Position numbers and translations under genes: made by a program. Below, in pieces: positions 48,659 to 59,512 of a DNA stretch of 64,000 nt (its first letter is position 1; every line of letters starts with the position of its first letter). Source of the stretch: an uncultured Hydrogenophaga sp. Lineage in GTDB: Bacteria; Pseudomonadota; Gammaproteobacteria; Burkholderiales; Burkholderiaceae_C. Where the stretch lies: positions 2,181 through 66,180 of the forward strand of contig CAYFFJ010000003.1 of NCBI GenBank assembly GCA_964342395.1. The letters run 5' to 3'. The notes under the pieces were generated by a model, which saw only the letters and a list, made by a program, of their open reading frames with translations, was not told where the DNA came from and made no database searches.

Positions 48659-50293
48659 ATGCAGCCAGACGCACCAGGATCGAATACCGCGAGCACAGAG
48701 ACCCGAACACCCCAACGCATCGGGGTGCCCCGGGAGAACTTCCCCGGTGAAAAACGGGTGGCCACCGTGCCCGAGGTGGTGGCAAAACTTGTGAAGCTGG
48801 GCTTCAGCGTGGCGGTGGAGTCGGGCGCGGGCGATGCCGCCTCGTTCAGCGACGACGCATACCGCGCTGAGGGAGCCGTCATCGTCACCACGGCAGCCGA
48901 GCTGTGGGCCACGTCAGACATCGTGTTCAAGGTGCGCCCGCCCAGCACGGACGAAGTGGCGCTGGTGCGCCCGGGCCAAACACTCATTGGCTTCATCTGG
49001 CCCGCCCAGCACCCCGATCTGATGGCCCAGCTGGCCGCAGCCCAGGCCACGGTGCTGGCCATTGATGCCCTGCCCCGCACCCTGAGCCGTGCGCAGAAAA
49101 TGGATGCGCTCACCTCCATGGCCGGTGTCAGCGGCTACCGCGCGGTCATTGAGGCCGCCAATGCATTCGGCCGCTTCTTCAACGGCCAGATCACCGCCGC
49201 AGGCAAAGTGCCCCCGGCCAAGGTGTTCATCGCCGGCGCCGGTGTGGCCGGTCTGGCCGCCATCGGCACGGCGGCCAGCCTGGGCGCCATCGTCCGCGCC
49301 AACGACACCCGCGCCGAGGTGGCCGACCAGGTGGTGTCGCTGGGCGGTGAATTTGTGAAGGTGGACTACGAAGAAGAAGGCTCGGGCGGCGGCGGTTACG
49401 CCAAAGTGATGAGCGAAGGCTTTCAAAAAGCGCAGCGCGAAATGTATGCCCAACAAGCGCGAGAGGTCGATATCATCATCACCACCGCGCTGATTCCGGG
49501 CAAGCCTGCCCCCAAACTGATCACCGCTGAAATGGTGCAGTCCATGAAGCCGGGCAGCGTCATCGTGGACATGGCGGCCGAGCAAGGCGGCAACTGCGAG
49601 CTGACCGAACCGGGCCAGGCCGTGGTGAAACACGGTGTGACCATCGTCGGCTACACCGACCTGGCCTCGCGCCTGGCGCGCCAGTCGTCCACGCTGTACG
49701 GCACCAACCTGTTCCGCCTGAGCGAAGAGCTGTGCAAGGCCAAAAACGGTGTCATCCACGTCAACATGGAAGACGACGCCATCCGGGGCCTGACCGTGAT
49801 CAACAACGGCGAGGTCACATGGCCCGCCCCGGCACTGAAACAGGCGGCCCCACCCCCACCCAAGGCAGCCGCCGCACCGGTGGCCGAGAAAAAAGGCGGC
49901 CACGGACACGGCAGCAGCGCCCCCATGCCAGCCCAGACGCTGGCCATCCTGTTTGCCCTGTCGGCGGTGGCATTCTGGTTGGTGGGCACTTACGCGCCCG
50001 CCGCGTTCCTGGGCCACTTCACGGTGTTTGTGCTGGCCTGCTTCATTGGCAACATGGTGGTGTGGAACGTAACCCCTGCCCTGCACACGCCGCTGATGAG
50101 CGTGACCAACGCCATCTCCAGCATCATTGCCATCGGTGCCCTGGTGCAGATTGCGCCGCCTGAAGCTGGCCTGAACGGCCGGCCCGACGGCCTGATTTTC
50201 TGGCTGGCCTTTGCCGCCACCGTGCTGACCGCCGTCAACATGTTCGGTGGCTTTGCCGTGACCCGCCGCATGCTCGCCATGTTCCGCAAATAA
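48659..50293 (+). CDS. pntA: NAD(P) transhydrogenase subunit alpha (dI plus dII-N)
   Basis: IGVPRENFPGEKRVA, Rossmann GAGVAGLAAIG, and a C-terminal 4-TM region. Confidence 0.9.
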   Translation: MQPDAPGSNTASTETRTPQRIGVPRENFPGEKRVATVPEVVAKLVKLGFSVAVESGAGDAASFSDDAYRAEGAVIVTTAAELWATSDIVFKVRPPSTDEVALVRPGQTLIGFIWPAQHPDLMAQLAAAQATVLAIDALPRTLSRAQKMDALTSMAGVSGYRAVIEAANAFGRFFNGQITAAGKVPPAKVFIAGAGVAGLAAIGTAASLGAIVRANDTRAEVADQVVSLGGEFVKVDYEEEGSGGGGYAKVMSEGFQKAQREMYAQQAREVDIIITTALIPGKPAPKLITAEMVQSMKPGSVIVDMAAEQGGNCELTEPGQAVVKHGVTIVGYTDLASRLARQSSTLYGTNLFRLSEELCKAKNGVIHVNMEDDAIRGLTVINNGEVTWPAPALKQAAPPPPKAAAAPVAEKKGGHGHGSSAPMPAQTLAILFALSAVAFWLVGTYAPAAFLGHFTVFVLACFIGNMVVWNVTPALHTPLMSVTNAISSIIAIGALVQIAPPEAGLNGRPDGLIFWLAFAATVLTAVNMFGGFAVTRRMLAMFRK

Positions 50294-50320
50294 CCCATTA
50301 CAAGAAGAAGGAAGACGAAC

Positions 50321-51736
<1,416 letters not shown>

Positions 51737-51765
51737 GCCCTCCTACCCGCGCGCACGCCCCCCTG

Positions 51766-51802
51766 AAAAGGGTGACAACCCCCAGGTTGCCACCCTTTTT
51801 TT
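51766..51802 (+). terminator. rho-independent terminator after pntB
   Basis: AAAAGGGTGACAAC-ccccag-GTTGCCACCCTTTTTTT. The stem pairs 9 of 10 bases and is followed by a T7 tract. Confidence 0.8.
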
Positions 51803-51914
51803 CATGCGGAAAAGGTGTCAGACAAACGTCAGTCTGGGTCAAAATCACAGACAATGCAAAATAAACGAACGATCGTGCGGAAATTTTGACATCACAAGAA
51901 GGAGACAAACAGCC

Positions 51915-53600
51915 ATGACCCATTCCGACACCCGCCCCTGGCTCCAGGCCTACCCCGCCGGGGTGCCTGCCGACGTGGACACGTCGCAATACACCTCACT
52001 GGTCCAGCTGATGGACGACAGTTTCCAGAAGTTCAGCGACCGAACCGCCTACAGCTTCTTGGGCAAAACCGTGAGCTACGCCGAAACAGACAGCCAGTCG
52101 CAGGCGTTTGCGGCGTATTTGCAAGGCTTGGGGTTGGCCAAAGGCGACCGCGTGGCCATCATGATGCCCAACGTGCCGCAGTACCCCGTGGCGGTGGCGG
52201 CCATTCTGCGGGCCGGGCTGGTGGTGGTGAACGTGAACCCGCTCTACACCGCGCGCGAGCTGGAACACCAGCTGAAAGACTCGGGGGCCAAGGCCATCGT
52301 CATCATCGAAAATTTTGCGGCCACGCTGATGCAATGCATCGCCAACACCCCCGTCAAACACGTGGTGTTGGCCGCCATGGGCGACCGGCTGGGGCTGTTG
52401 AAGGGTGCCTTGGTCAATTACGTGGTGCGCAACGTCAAAAAAATGGTGCCCACCTACCATCTGCCACAAGCCGTGCGCTTCAACGACGCATTGGCGCTGG
52501 GAAGCAAAGGCACGCTGAAAAAGCCCGACATCAAACCCGACGATGTGGCCGTGCTGCAATACACCGGTGGCACCACGGGCGTGAGCAAGGGGGCCGTGCT
52601 GCTGCACCGCAACGTGGTGGCCAACGTGCTGCAGTCCGACACGTGGAACGCCCCGGCCATGAAAAGCATCCCGGCCGGTGAGCAACCCACGGCCGTGTGT
52701 GCCTTGCCGCTGTACCACATCTTCGCGTTCACCGTGAACATGATGCTGAGCCTGCGCATGGGCGGCAAAACCATCCTCATTCCCAACCCCCGCGACCTGC
52801 CTGCGGTGCTGAAAGAGCTGAGCAAACACACCTTCCACAGCTTTCCGGCGGTCAACACACTGTTCAACGGCCTGGCCAACCACCCCGACTTTGGCACCGT
52901 GAACTGGACGAACCTGAAAGTGAGCCTGGGCGGCGGCATGGCGGTGCAACACGCGGTGGCCAAGCGGTGGCTGGAGAAAACCGGCTGTCCCATTTGCGAG
53001 GGTTATGGCCTGAGTGAAACCAGCCCCTCTGCCAGTTGCAACCCCGTCACCTCGCACGAATTCAGCGGCACCATCGGCGTGCCGATTCCAGGCACCTGGA
53101 TGAAGTGCCTGGACGACGACGGCAACGAAGTGGCGGTGGACCAGGCCGGTGAAATCGCCATCAAAGGCCCGCAGGTGATGGCGGGCTACTGGCAGCGCCC
53201 CGACGAAACCGCCAAGGCCATGACCGCCGACGGCTACTTCAAAACCGGCGACATCGGCGTGATGGACGAGCGCGGTTATTTCAAAATTGTGGACCGCAAA
53301 AAAGACATGGTGCTGGTCAGCGGCTTCAACGTCTACCCCAACGAGGTGGAAGACGTGGTGGCCGGCTGCCCCGGGGTGCTGGAGTGTGCCGTGGTCGGTG
53401 TGGCCGACGAGAAAACCGGCGAAGCCGTGAAACTGGTCATTGTGAAAAAAGACCCGGCCCTGACCGAAACCCAAGTGCGCGACTACTGCAAGGCCAACAT
53501 GACGGGCTACAAACAGCCCAAGGTGATTGAGTTCCGCACCGAGTTGCCCAAAACCCCGGTGGGCAAAATTCTGCGCCGCGAGCTGCGCGACAAAAAATAA
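51915..53600 (+). CDS. fadD: long-chain fatty acid-CoA ligase
   Basis: RBS AAGGAGA. AMP-binding motif LQYTGGTTGVSKGA, plus GYGLSETSP, TGDIGVMDERGYFKIVDRKKDM and PKTPVGKILRRELR. Confidence 0.9.
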   Translation: MTHSDTRPWLQAYPAGVPADVDTSQYTSLVQLMDDSFQKFSDRTAYSFLGKTVSYAETDSQSQAFAAYLQGLGLAKGDRVAIMMPNVPQYPVAVAAILRAGLVVVNVNPLYTARELEHQLKDSGAKAIVIIENFAATLMQCIANTPVKHVVLAAMGDRLGLLKGALVNYVVRNVKKMVPTYHLPQAVRFNDALALGSKGTLKKPDIKPDDVAVLQYTGGTTGVSKGAVLLHRNVVANVLQSDTWNAPAMKSIPAGEQPTAVCALPLYHIFAFTVNMMLSLRMGGKTILIPNPRDLPAVLKELSKHTFHSFPAVNTLFNGLANHPDFGTVNWTNLKVSLGGGMAVQHAVAKRWLEKTGCPICEGYGLSETSPSASCNPVTSHEFSGTIGVPIPGTWMKCLDDDGNEVAVDQAGEIAIKGPQVMAGYWQRPDETAKAMTADGYFKTGDIGVMDERGYFKIVDRKKDMVLVSGFNVYPNEVEDVVAGCPGVLECAVVGVADEKTGEAVKLVIVKKDPALTETQVRDYCKANMTGYKQPKVIEFRTELPKTPVGKILRRELRDKK

Positions 53601-53604
53601 GCCC

Positions 53605-53628
53605 ATGCCCATGCCCATGCCCATGCCC
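53605..53628 (+). repeat. hexanucleotide tandem repeat (ATGCCC)x4 at the mtnN start
   Basis: Read directly. It encodes MPMPMPMP and begins 5 nt after the fadD stop. Confidence 0.9.
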
Positions 53629-54402
53629 CGCCCCTTTCGCATTGGCCTGATGGCCGCCATGCCGCAAGAGCTTCAGGCCGTGCTGGCCCTGATGCCCAAC
53701 GAGCACCGCGAAACGGTGGCGAGCCGCACGTTCTGGCCGGGCCACTTGGGCGGCTGCGAGGTGGTGGCCGTGGTGTCGGGCATTGGCAAGGTGGCCGCAG
53801 CCACCACCGCCACGCTGCTGCTGCAGCGGTTTGGCGTGGACGGCCTGCTGTTCACCGGTGTGGCCGGTGGACTGGGGGCGGGCGTGAAGGTGGGCGACAT
53901 CGTCGTGGCCCAGCGGTTTTTGCAGCACGACATGGACGCCTCGCCCCTGTTCCCGCGCCATGAGGTGCCCGGCTACGGTCAAGCCCTGTTTGCCACCCAC
54001 CCCGGCTGGACACACGCCCTGGCCCAGGCCAGCCAACACACGCTGGACCACCTGCCCACCTGGCTGGGAGCGGACACCCTGGCCGCGTTCCAGCTGCAAG
54101 GGGCGCAGGTGCACCAGGGGCTGATCGTCAGTGGCGACCGCTTTGTGGCCACCAGCGTCGAAAGCGCTGCACTGCGCCAGGCCCTGCCCGACGCGTTGGC
54201 GGTGGAAATGGAAGGGGCCGCCGTGGCCCAGGTGTGCCACGACTTCGGCGTGCCTTTTGCCGCCGTGCGCACCGTGTCAGACCGCGCCGACGACAGCGCC
54301 CATGTGGACTTTGGCCGCTTCGTGGCCGACGTGGCCAGCCGCTACAGCGCGCAAGTGGTGCTGGCGGCCCTGTCTGCCTTGGGCAAGCCTGGAACGGTCT
54401 GA
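53605..54402 (+). CDS. mtnN: 5'-methylthioadenosine/S-adenosylhomocysteine nucleosidase
   Basis: SGIGKVAAA, FTGVAGGL and VEMEGAAVAQVC...RTVSDRAD. The start lies within an (ATGCCC)4 repeat, so the exact ATG is ambiguous (53605/53611/53617/53623). Confidence 0.85.
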   Translation: MPMPMPMPRPFRIGLMAAMPQELQAVLALMPNEHRETVASRTFWPGHLGGCEVVAVVSGIGKVAAATTATLLLQRFGVDGLLFTGVAGGLGAGVKVGDIVVAQRFLQHDMDASPLFPRHEVPGYGQALFATHPGWTHALAQASQHTLDHLPTWLGADTLAAFQLQGAQVHQGLIVSGDRFVATSVESAALRQALPDALAVEMEGAAVAQVCHDFGVPFAAVRTVSDRADDSAHVDFGRFVADVASRYSAQVVLAALSALGKPGTV

Positions 54403-54461
54403 AATATTGATAGCAAACTATTCAATACAGACAAGCGTCATAGGCACTTTTTGTCTGAAAT
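54403..54461 (+). repeat. interspersed repeat copy R2 (between convergent mtnN and corA)
   Basis: ATTGATAGCAAACTATTCAATACAGACAAGCGTCATAGGCACTTTTTGTCTGAAAT. GTCTGAAAT occurs at both ends (54397-54405 and 54453-54461). CAGACAA and TTGTCTG can pair. Confidence 0.75.
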
Positions 54462-55448
54462 TCACTTCAACCAGCCGCGCTTTCTGAAATACAGCATGGG
54501 CCCCACGGCAGAGGCCACCATCAGGCACAGCGCGGCGGGGTAGCCCCAGGTCTGGCTCAGCTCGGGCATGTGCTGGAAGTTCATGCCGTAAATGCTGGCA
54601 ATCAAGGTGGGCGGCAGCAAGGCCACGCTGGCCACCGAGAAGATCTTGATGATCTTGTTCTGGTTGATGTTGATGAAACCCACCGTGGCGTCCATCAAGA
54701 AGTTGATCTTGTCGAACAAAAACGCGGTGTGGCCGTCGAGCGAATCGAGGTCGCGCAAAATTTGCCGCGCGTCTTCAAACTGCTCGGTGCCCAGCATGCG
54801 GGTGCGCATCATGAAGCTGACGGCGCGGCGCGTGTCCATCACGTTGCGGCGGATGCGGCCCGACATGTCTTCGTGCCGCGCAATGGCCGACAGCACTTCG
54901 CTGGCTTTGTTGTCGGTCACGTCGCCGTTGAGCACCTGGCGGCTGACGTTTTCCAGGTCGTCGTAAATATCTTCCAACGTATCGGCGCAGTACTCTGCAT
55001 CCACGTCGAACAGCATCAGCAGCACGTCTTTGGCGTCGTCAATCAGGCCCGGCATGCGGCGCGCGCGCATGCGCAGCAGGCGGAACACGGGCACGTCTTC
55101 GTCGTGGATGGAAAACAGCACGCCCCGGCTTTTCAGCTCGTCGTTCTGCTCGTTCAGGATGAAGGCCACGCGCACGGCGCGGGGGTCTTCGTCGTCGTCG
55201 ATCAGGAAGTCGGAGCGGATGTGCAACTCGCCGTTGTCTTCCTCGAAAAAGCGGGCGGACTCTTCAATGTCCTCGTCCATCGCGTCTTCGGGAATGCTCA
55301 GGCCAAAGTGCTGCTTGACCCAGCGCCGCTCTTCAGGCGAGGGCGATTCCAGGTCCACCCAAATGGGCTTGAACTGCGCCAGTTCTTCCAGCGAGTCGAT
55401 TTCTTCTTGAAACAAACGGCCATTGGCCAGCGTGAACACGTTGAGCAT
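54462..55448 (-). CDS. corA: magnesium/cobalt transporter CorA
   Basis: Start at MLNVFTLANG, with the YGMNF signature and two C-terminal TM helices. Confidence 0.9.
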   Translation of the reverse strand: MLNVFTLANGRLFQEEIDSLEELAQFKPIWVDLESPSPEERRWVKQHFGLSIPEDAMDEDIEESARFFEEDNGELHIRSDFLIDDDEDPRAVRVAFILNEQNDELKSRGVLFSIHDEDVPVFRLLRMRARRMPGLIDDAKDVLLMLFDVDAEYCADTLEDIYDDLENVSRQVLNGDVTDNKASEVLSAIARHEDMSGRIRRNVMDTRRAVSFMMRTRMLGTEQFEDARQILRDLDSLDGHTAFLFDKINFLMDATVGFININQNKIIKIFSVASVALLPPTLIASIYGMNFQHMPELSQTWGYPAALCLMVASAVGPMLYFRKRGWLK

Positions 55449-55676
55449 GACGGGCTCCGTTGCAGGTGGGGCGGGCAGCGGCCCCATGGGCGGGCGCGCT
55501 GCAAAAAAAGGGGGGTAGGCGTCGCTTTCACCCCCGCTGCCGCCGCGCCCGGTGTGCCGGGCTCAGGCTGTCTGCAAGGCTGAAAGCGTGCCACTGGGGC
55601 TGGCTTCCAAGTCGTGTCTCCTGTGGGAAAGTGGCCGGATTATGGCACCGCCGGGTGAGCGCCGCAGCCCCCCTGC

Positions 55677-57347
55677 TCAGCGGGATTTGTCGTTGGGATT
55701 TTCACGCAGTTGCTCGCGTTGTTGCTGCACCAGCACGCGGTAGCGGGTGTCGATGATGGACAACTCCATGTGGTCCACCTCGCGCTGGGTGCGGGTGAGC
55801 TCCCGGCCCAGCTCGCGCGCGGCCCTCAGACGGTCGATGGCACCGCCCACATCGAATTGGGCGGCCCGCGCCTCGGCCTCGGCTCGGATGGCGCGCAGTG
55901 GGTGGCCCAAGGCCTGCCAGGCCTGGCCCAACACCTGCCAGGCCAGCGGGTCGGTGGGGTGCGTGGCCAACCACAGTTGCAGCGGGTCGGTCACCTCGAC
56001 AGCCCGCCCTTGGGCCAACAGGGTCTGTGCGCCCAGCACCAGCGCCCCACGCCCAGGGGCGCGCACGGCGGCCTGCGCTTGCGCCAGCACCTGGGCTTGC
56101 CAGGCGGCAGGGGTGGCGGCACCCCCCGGCGACAGCCACACCTCCAGTGCCAGCAACCGAGCGGCCTGGGCGGCGCTGGCGTCGAGCGAAGCCACGTTCA
56201 GCAACCCCTGCACACAGCGCCAGGCGTCCGTTGGCTGCTTCAGGCGCAAGGCCGACACCGCGCCGGCGTACCACGCAGCGGCCTGGGCGGTGGCGTCGCG
56301 CGGGGCCGCCGGGGGCGTGGCCTCGGACAACCAGGCGCGCCAGCGGGCCACGCTGGACTCGGCCATCACACGCGCCCGCGCCGCCATCAAGGCATGGTGC
56401 TGGGCAGACACGGGGGCGGTCATGGGGGCTTGGGAACCGGGGTGCGCAGGGTGATCGGTGTGCGTGCCAGAAGGAAGGGCCAGCGCCAGGCGGGTTTGCA
56501 TGTCGGCCATGCGCTCGGTGGTCAGCGGGTGGCTGCGCAGGTAGGGAAAGGCGCCGTCATCGTTCAGCCGCGACGCGTGTTGCAGCTTGTCGAACATAGT
56601 GACAAAGCCCGTGCCATTGAAGCCCGCGCCGGTCATGATGTTGTAGCCCACGCGGTCGGCCTCGCGCTCCATGTCACGCGAAAAATTCAGCTGCGACTGT
56701 GCGGCCACCGCCTGCCCCCCCACCACAGCGGCCTGCACCACGTCGGTGTTTTTGCTGGCACTGGCGGCCAAGGCCCCCAAAATCATGGCCGCCACCATCA
56801 GCGGAGCCTGCTTGTCCTGGCGCTCCAGCAAGCGTGAAATGTGGCGCTGCGACACGTGGGTGAGTTCGTGTGCCAGCACCGAAGCCAGCTCGTCTGCGGT
56901 GCTCACCGTGGCCATCAGGCCCAGGTGCACGCCCAGGTAGCCGCCAGGCAGGGCAAAGGCGTTGACGCTGGGGTCCCGCGCCAGCATCAACCGCCAGGCA
57001 AAACGCTCTGCCAGTTCGGGGGCCACGTCACCCCGCGCTCGGGCCGAGGCCAGCAGGGGTTGCCAAATGGCCTGCAAGTAATCGCTCAGCACCGGATCGT
57101 CCAGGTAATCGGGGTCGCGGAAGATCTGCTGGGCAATGCGTTCACCCAATTGGCGCTCGGCCGCCAGGTCCAGCGCTCCCGCCTCGCCCATGCGGGGCAG
57201 CGCCAACGGGGCATTGGCGGGCGCCAGCGGCACCGCAAAACAAATAGCTGCAAGCCCAATACAGACAAGCGTCAGAGGCAGTTTTTTATTCAAAATAGCT
57301 CCATCCACACACGCCAGCCATGGCACCTCCCCGTGAAGGGAATGCAA
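55677..57347 (-). CDS. M48-family periplasmic metalloprotease with TPR domain (BepA/YfgC-like)
   Basis: [10 protein letters not shown] zinc motif and a C-terminal TPR-like helical region. The start is uncertain. The signal-peptide region is encoded by repeat R3. Confidence 0.85.
   Translation of the reverse strand: MHSLHGEVPWLACVDGAILNKKLPLTLVCIGLAAICFAVPLAPANAPLALPRMGEAGALDLAAERQLGERIAQQIFRDPDYLDDPVLSDYLQAIWQPLLASARARGDVAPELAERFAWRLMLARDPSVNAFALPGGYLGVHLGLMATVSTADELASVLAHELTHVSQRHISRLLERQDKQAPLMVAAMILGALAASASKNTDVVQAAVVGGQAVAAQSQLNFSRDMEREADRVGYNIMTGAGFNGTGFVTMFDKLQHASRLNDDGAFPYLRSHPLTTERMADMQTRLALALPSGTHTDHPAHPGSQAPMTAPVSAQHHALMAARARVMAESSVARWRAWLSEATPPAAPRDATAQAAAWYAGAVSALRLKQPTDAWRCVQGLLNVASLDASAAQAARLLALEVWLSPGGAATPAAWQAQVLAQAQAAVRAPGRGALVLGAQTLLAQGRAVEVTDPLQLWLATHPTDPLAWQVLGQAWQALGHPLRAIRAEAEARAAQFDVGGAIDRLRAARELGRELTRTQREVDHMELSIIDTRYRVLVQQQREQLRENPNDKSR
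57241..57300 (+). repeat. interspersed repeat copy R3 (inside the 5' end of the M48 protease gene, read in reverse)
   Basis: AAATAGCTGCAAGCCCAATACAGACAAGCGTCAGAGGCAGTTTTTTATTCAAAATAGCT. The reverse frame gives [20 protein letters not shown]. Confidence 0.75.
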
Positions 57348-57422
57348 CAGCCACCATCACAACGGGTGTCCATTGTCATCCGGGCACGTGCCGCCTGCGG
57401 CCCGGTGGCTAAACTGCGCGCC

Positions 57423-57920
57423 ATGCACACGCCAGACACCCCCTCATCACCCCTGACCCACTTTGACACCCAGGGCCAAGCCCACATGGTGGACGTGGGG
57501 GCCAAGGCCCACACACACCGCGTGGCCGTGGCCGAAGGCCGCATCACCATGCAACCGGCCACCCTGGCCCTGGTGACCAGCGGCACCGCCAAAAAAGGCG
57601 ACGTGCTGGGCATTGCCCGACTGGCCGGCATCATGGGCGCGAAAAAAACCGCCGACCTGATTCCCCTGTGCCACCCCATCGCCCTCACCCGGGTGGCCGT
57701 GGCATTTGAAGTGCTGGCCGAGCTGAATGCGGTGCGCTGCACCGCCACCGCCGAAACCACCGGCCCCACCGGGGTTGAAATGGAAGCTCTCACCGCCGTG
57801 CAAGTGGCCCTGCTGACCATTTACGACATGTGCAAAGCGGCCGACCGGGGCATGGAAATGACGGGGGTGCGGCTGCTGGAGAAGCGGGGGGGGAAGAGCG
57901 GGCATTTTGTGGCGGGGTGA
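57423..57920 (+). CDS. moaC: cyclic pyranopterin monophosphate synthase
   Basis: [44 protein letters not shown] and [11 protein letters not shown]. Confidence 0.9.
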   Translation: MHTPDTPSSPLTHFDTQGQAHMVDVGAKAHTHRVAVAEGRITMQPATLALVTSGTAKKGDVLGIARLAGIMGAKKTADLIPLCHPIALTRVAVAFEVLAELNAVRCTATAETTGPTGVEMEALTAVQVALLTIYDMCKAADRGMEMTGVRLLEKRGGKSGHFVAG

Positions 57921-57936
57921 TGCCCACTGCGTCAGC

Positions 57937-58710
57937 TCAAAAACCATCCAACGGAACAAATTTCAAAGGCTGGGCGGTTGTCGAATCCATCAACAGCGTC
58001 CACGCAATCCCCCTGCGTGATACCACGGGCAGCCAACTGACCTGCGAGTGTTGGCGCTGCAAATTCAAAACAGCGTTATCCAACAGCAATTTTTGAGAAG
58101 GGTGTTTGCCATAGAGCACGTCCAGCGCCTGGGCGCGTGACAACACATCGTGCTGAAAATTGCTGTACTCCCCCCATCGATCAGCGCGCATAAATGCTTC
58201 GTTACCTGCCAGTGATTGGTTCACTTGGTCCAGGTAGTCAACGTCCTCTGGTTTGGCCGTTCGGCTTCCAATCAATACCGGCCCACCCAACCAAGACGGA
58301 GACGGCACCATGGCTGGCTTTTTCGCAAGCCCAATTTCATCCAGCTCAGACATCGTCAACACCTGGAAGCGGTCCACGTCGTAAATCAGATACACCGGCC
58401 GCGCAAGCCAAACGGTTTGAAGTCCATAGGCCAAAGCGCCAAGCTGCAAAATGGCAACAAAACCAAGGTCCAAGACCAGCTCGCGCCTTGGTTTTGCAGG
58501 ATTGAACAAAACCAGCGTCAACAAAGGTCCGCACACCACATCCACGCCCATAAGGATGAAGAAGAGTTCGAAGCCCCCCAACATTTCGGCGTAGGGCGTT
58601 GGGTAAAGCCGCCCAAATACAAGCCACGCGGCAACAGCAGCTACCGCAAATGACCCCAACAAATGCAAACCCGAAGCACGGGCCGCCGCACGCAATCTGA
58701 GCCTGTTCAT
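57937..58710 (-). CDS. TfpX/TfpZ(FimB)-like type IV pilin accessory membrane protein
   Basis: Immediately downstream of the pilin gene, with three N-terminal TM segments and visibly lower GC than the surroundings. The family call is from memory of TfpZ/FimB gene context. ATG 58710 is preferred over the TTG at 58725. Confidence 0.5.
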   Translation of the reverse strand: MNRLRLRAAARASGLHLLGSFAVAAVAAWLVFGRLYPTPYAEMLGGFELFFILMGVDVVCGPLLTLVLFNPAKPRRELVLDLGFVAILQLGALAYGLQTVWLARPVYLIYDVDRFQVLTMSELDEIGLAKKPAMVPSPSWLGGPVLIGSRTAKPEDVDYLDQVNQSLAGNEAFMRADRWGEYSNFQHDVLSRAQALDVLYGKHPSQKLLLDNAVLNLQRQHSQVSWLPVVSRRGIAWTLLMDSTTAQPLKFVPLDGF

Positions 58711-58727
58711 GAATAAGTGCCCCAAAT

Positions 58728-58756
58728 TAAAAAAGGGGCCTAAGCCCCCTTTAAAT
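58728..58756 (-). terminator. intrinsic terminator/attenuator after the pilin gene
   Basis: On the minus strand: AAAGGGGGC-tta-GGCCCCTTTTTTAATTT. This is a hairpin plus U-tract lying between pilA and the accessory gene. Confidence 0.7.
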
Positions 58757-58768
58757 GGTCAGAGAAGA

Positions 58769-59308
58769 TCAACGGCACTCTGCAGGCGCGTACTTGGCAA
58801 CCATCGTCGCGGTATTGGCAACACCCGCGACAACTGCTTTGCCGCTTGCGTAGCAAGTCCAAATAATGCTTGCAGCAGGAATAGTACCTGCAGTCAATGC
58901 CGCATTATTTGAAGAAGGCGCCAACACCAACGTTTGACCAGAAGCTGCCGCAGTGTATGTCACCGTGATCACGCCAGTGGCGGTTGCGCCAAACACTGAA
59001 GTAACGTTTTTCGAATTGGTAATGCCGCCGTTCAAGCTACAGTTTCCTGCGGCTGTGCAAAACGTGGTCCCAGCTGCGTTTATCGGGATACCCTTGAAAA
59101 AACCACCTAATGCGGCCGTGGTGCCATTGGCAGCGTTGTCGGCCACCACGTTCTTCAGTCCTGAGCCCAAGACCATGCCTTCCGTCACACGCGCACGCAC
59201 GGTGTAATCCTGGTAAGCAGGCAAAGCCACGGCGGCCAAAATACCGATGATCGCGACGACGATCATCAATTCGATCAGGGTGAAACCCTTTTGAACCATC
59301 TGTTTCAT
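58769..59308 (-). CDS. pilA: type IVa major pilin
   Basis: Prepilin leader MKQMVQKG followed by [27 protein letters not shown], and a C-terminal Cys...Cys disulfide loop (CYASGKAV...APAEC). Confidence 0.95.
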   Translation of the reverse strand: MKQMVQKGFTLIELMIVVAIIGILAAVALPAYQDYTVRARVTEGMVLGSGLKNVVADNAANGTTAALGGFFKGIPINAAGTTFCTAAGNCSLNGGITNSKNVTSVFGATATGVITVTYTAAASGQTLVLAPSSNNAALTAGTIPAASIIWTCYASGKAVVAGVANTATMVAKYAPAECR

Positions 59309-59353
59309 GAAAACTCCTTGAACACGGCGTCGGTATTGACGTGGCGACCTTAC

Positions 59354-59368
59354 AGCATTTGCCGTGCC
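59354..59368 (-). promoter_or_regulatory. sigma-54 (-24/-12) promoter candidate for pilA
   Basis: The minus strand reads GGCACGGCAAATGCT, with canonical GG-N10-GC spacing, about 45 nt upstream of the pilA ATG. Type IVa pilin genes are classically RpoN/PilR dependent. Confidence 0.55.
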
Positions 59369-59446
59369 CGCCCCAAATGGCCTTCCTTTGACCCATTTGG
59401 GGGCAATGTGGGCTGGAATGTGCGATTTTTTGTCACTTTCAGCATC

Positions 59447-59512
59447 GGCACGGTGACGAAAGATGGCACCTAGCGCTTGCTTACAAACAACTGTTCACTA
59501 CAGCTATTTGAT
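59447..59512 (-). repeat. interspersed repeat copy R8 (supplies the TAG stop of the GAF-GspE gene)
   Basis: In forward orientation: CAAATAGCTGTAGTGAACAGTTGTTTGTAAGCAAGCGCTAGGTGCCATCTTTCGTCACCG. This is the most diverged copy. Confidence 0.5.

Noticed and set aside
59371-59403. Inverted repeat CCCAAATGG-N12-CCATTTGGG as a terminator of the ATPase gene
   Set aside because: It has no U-tract and lies immediately upstream of the putative sigma-54 promoter of pilA. An activator or IHF-type site is equally plausible, and it cannot be decided from sequence. It is mentioned under the pilin cassette finding only.
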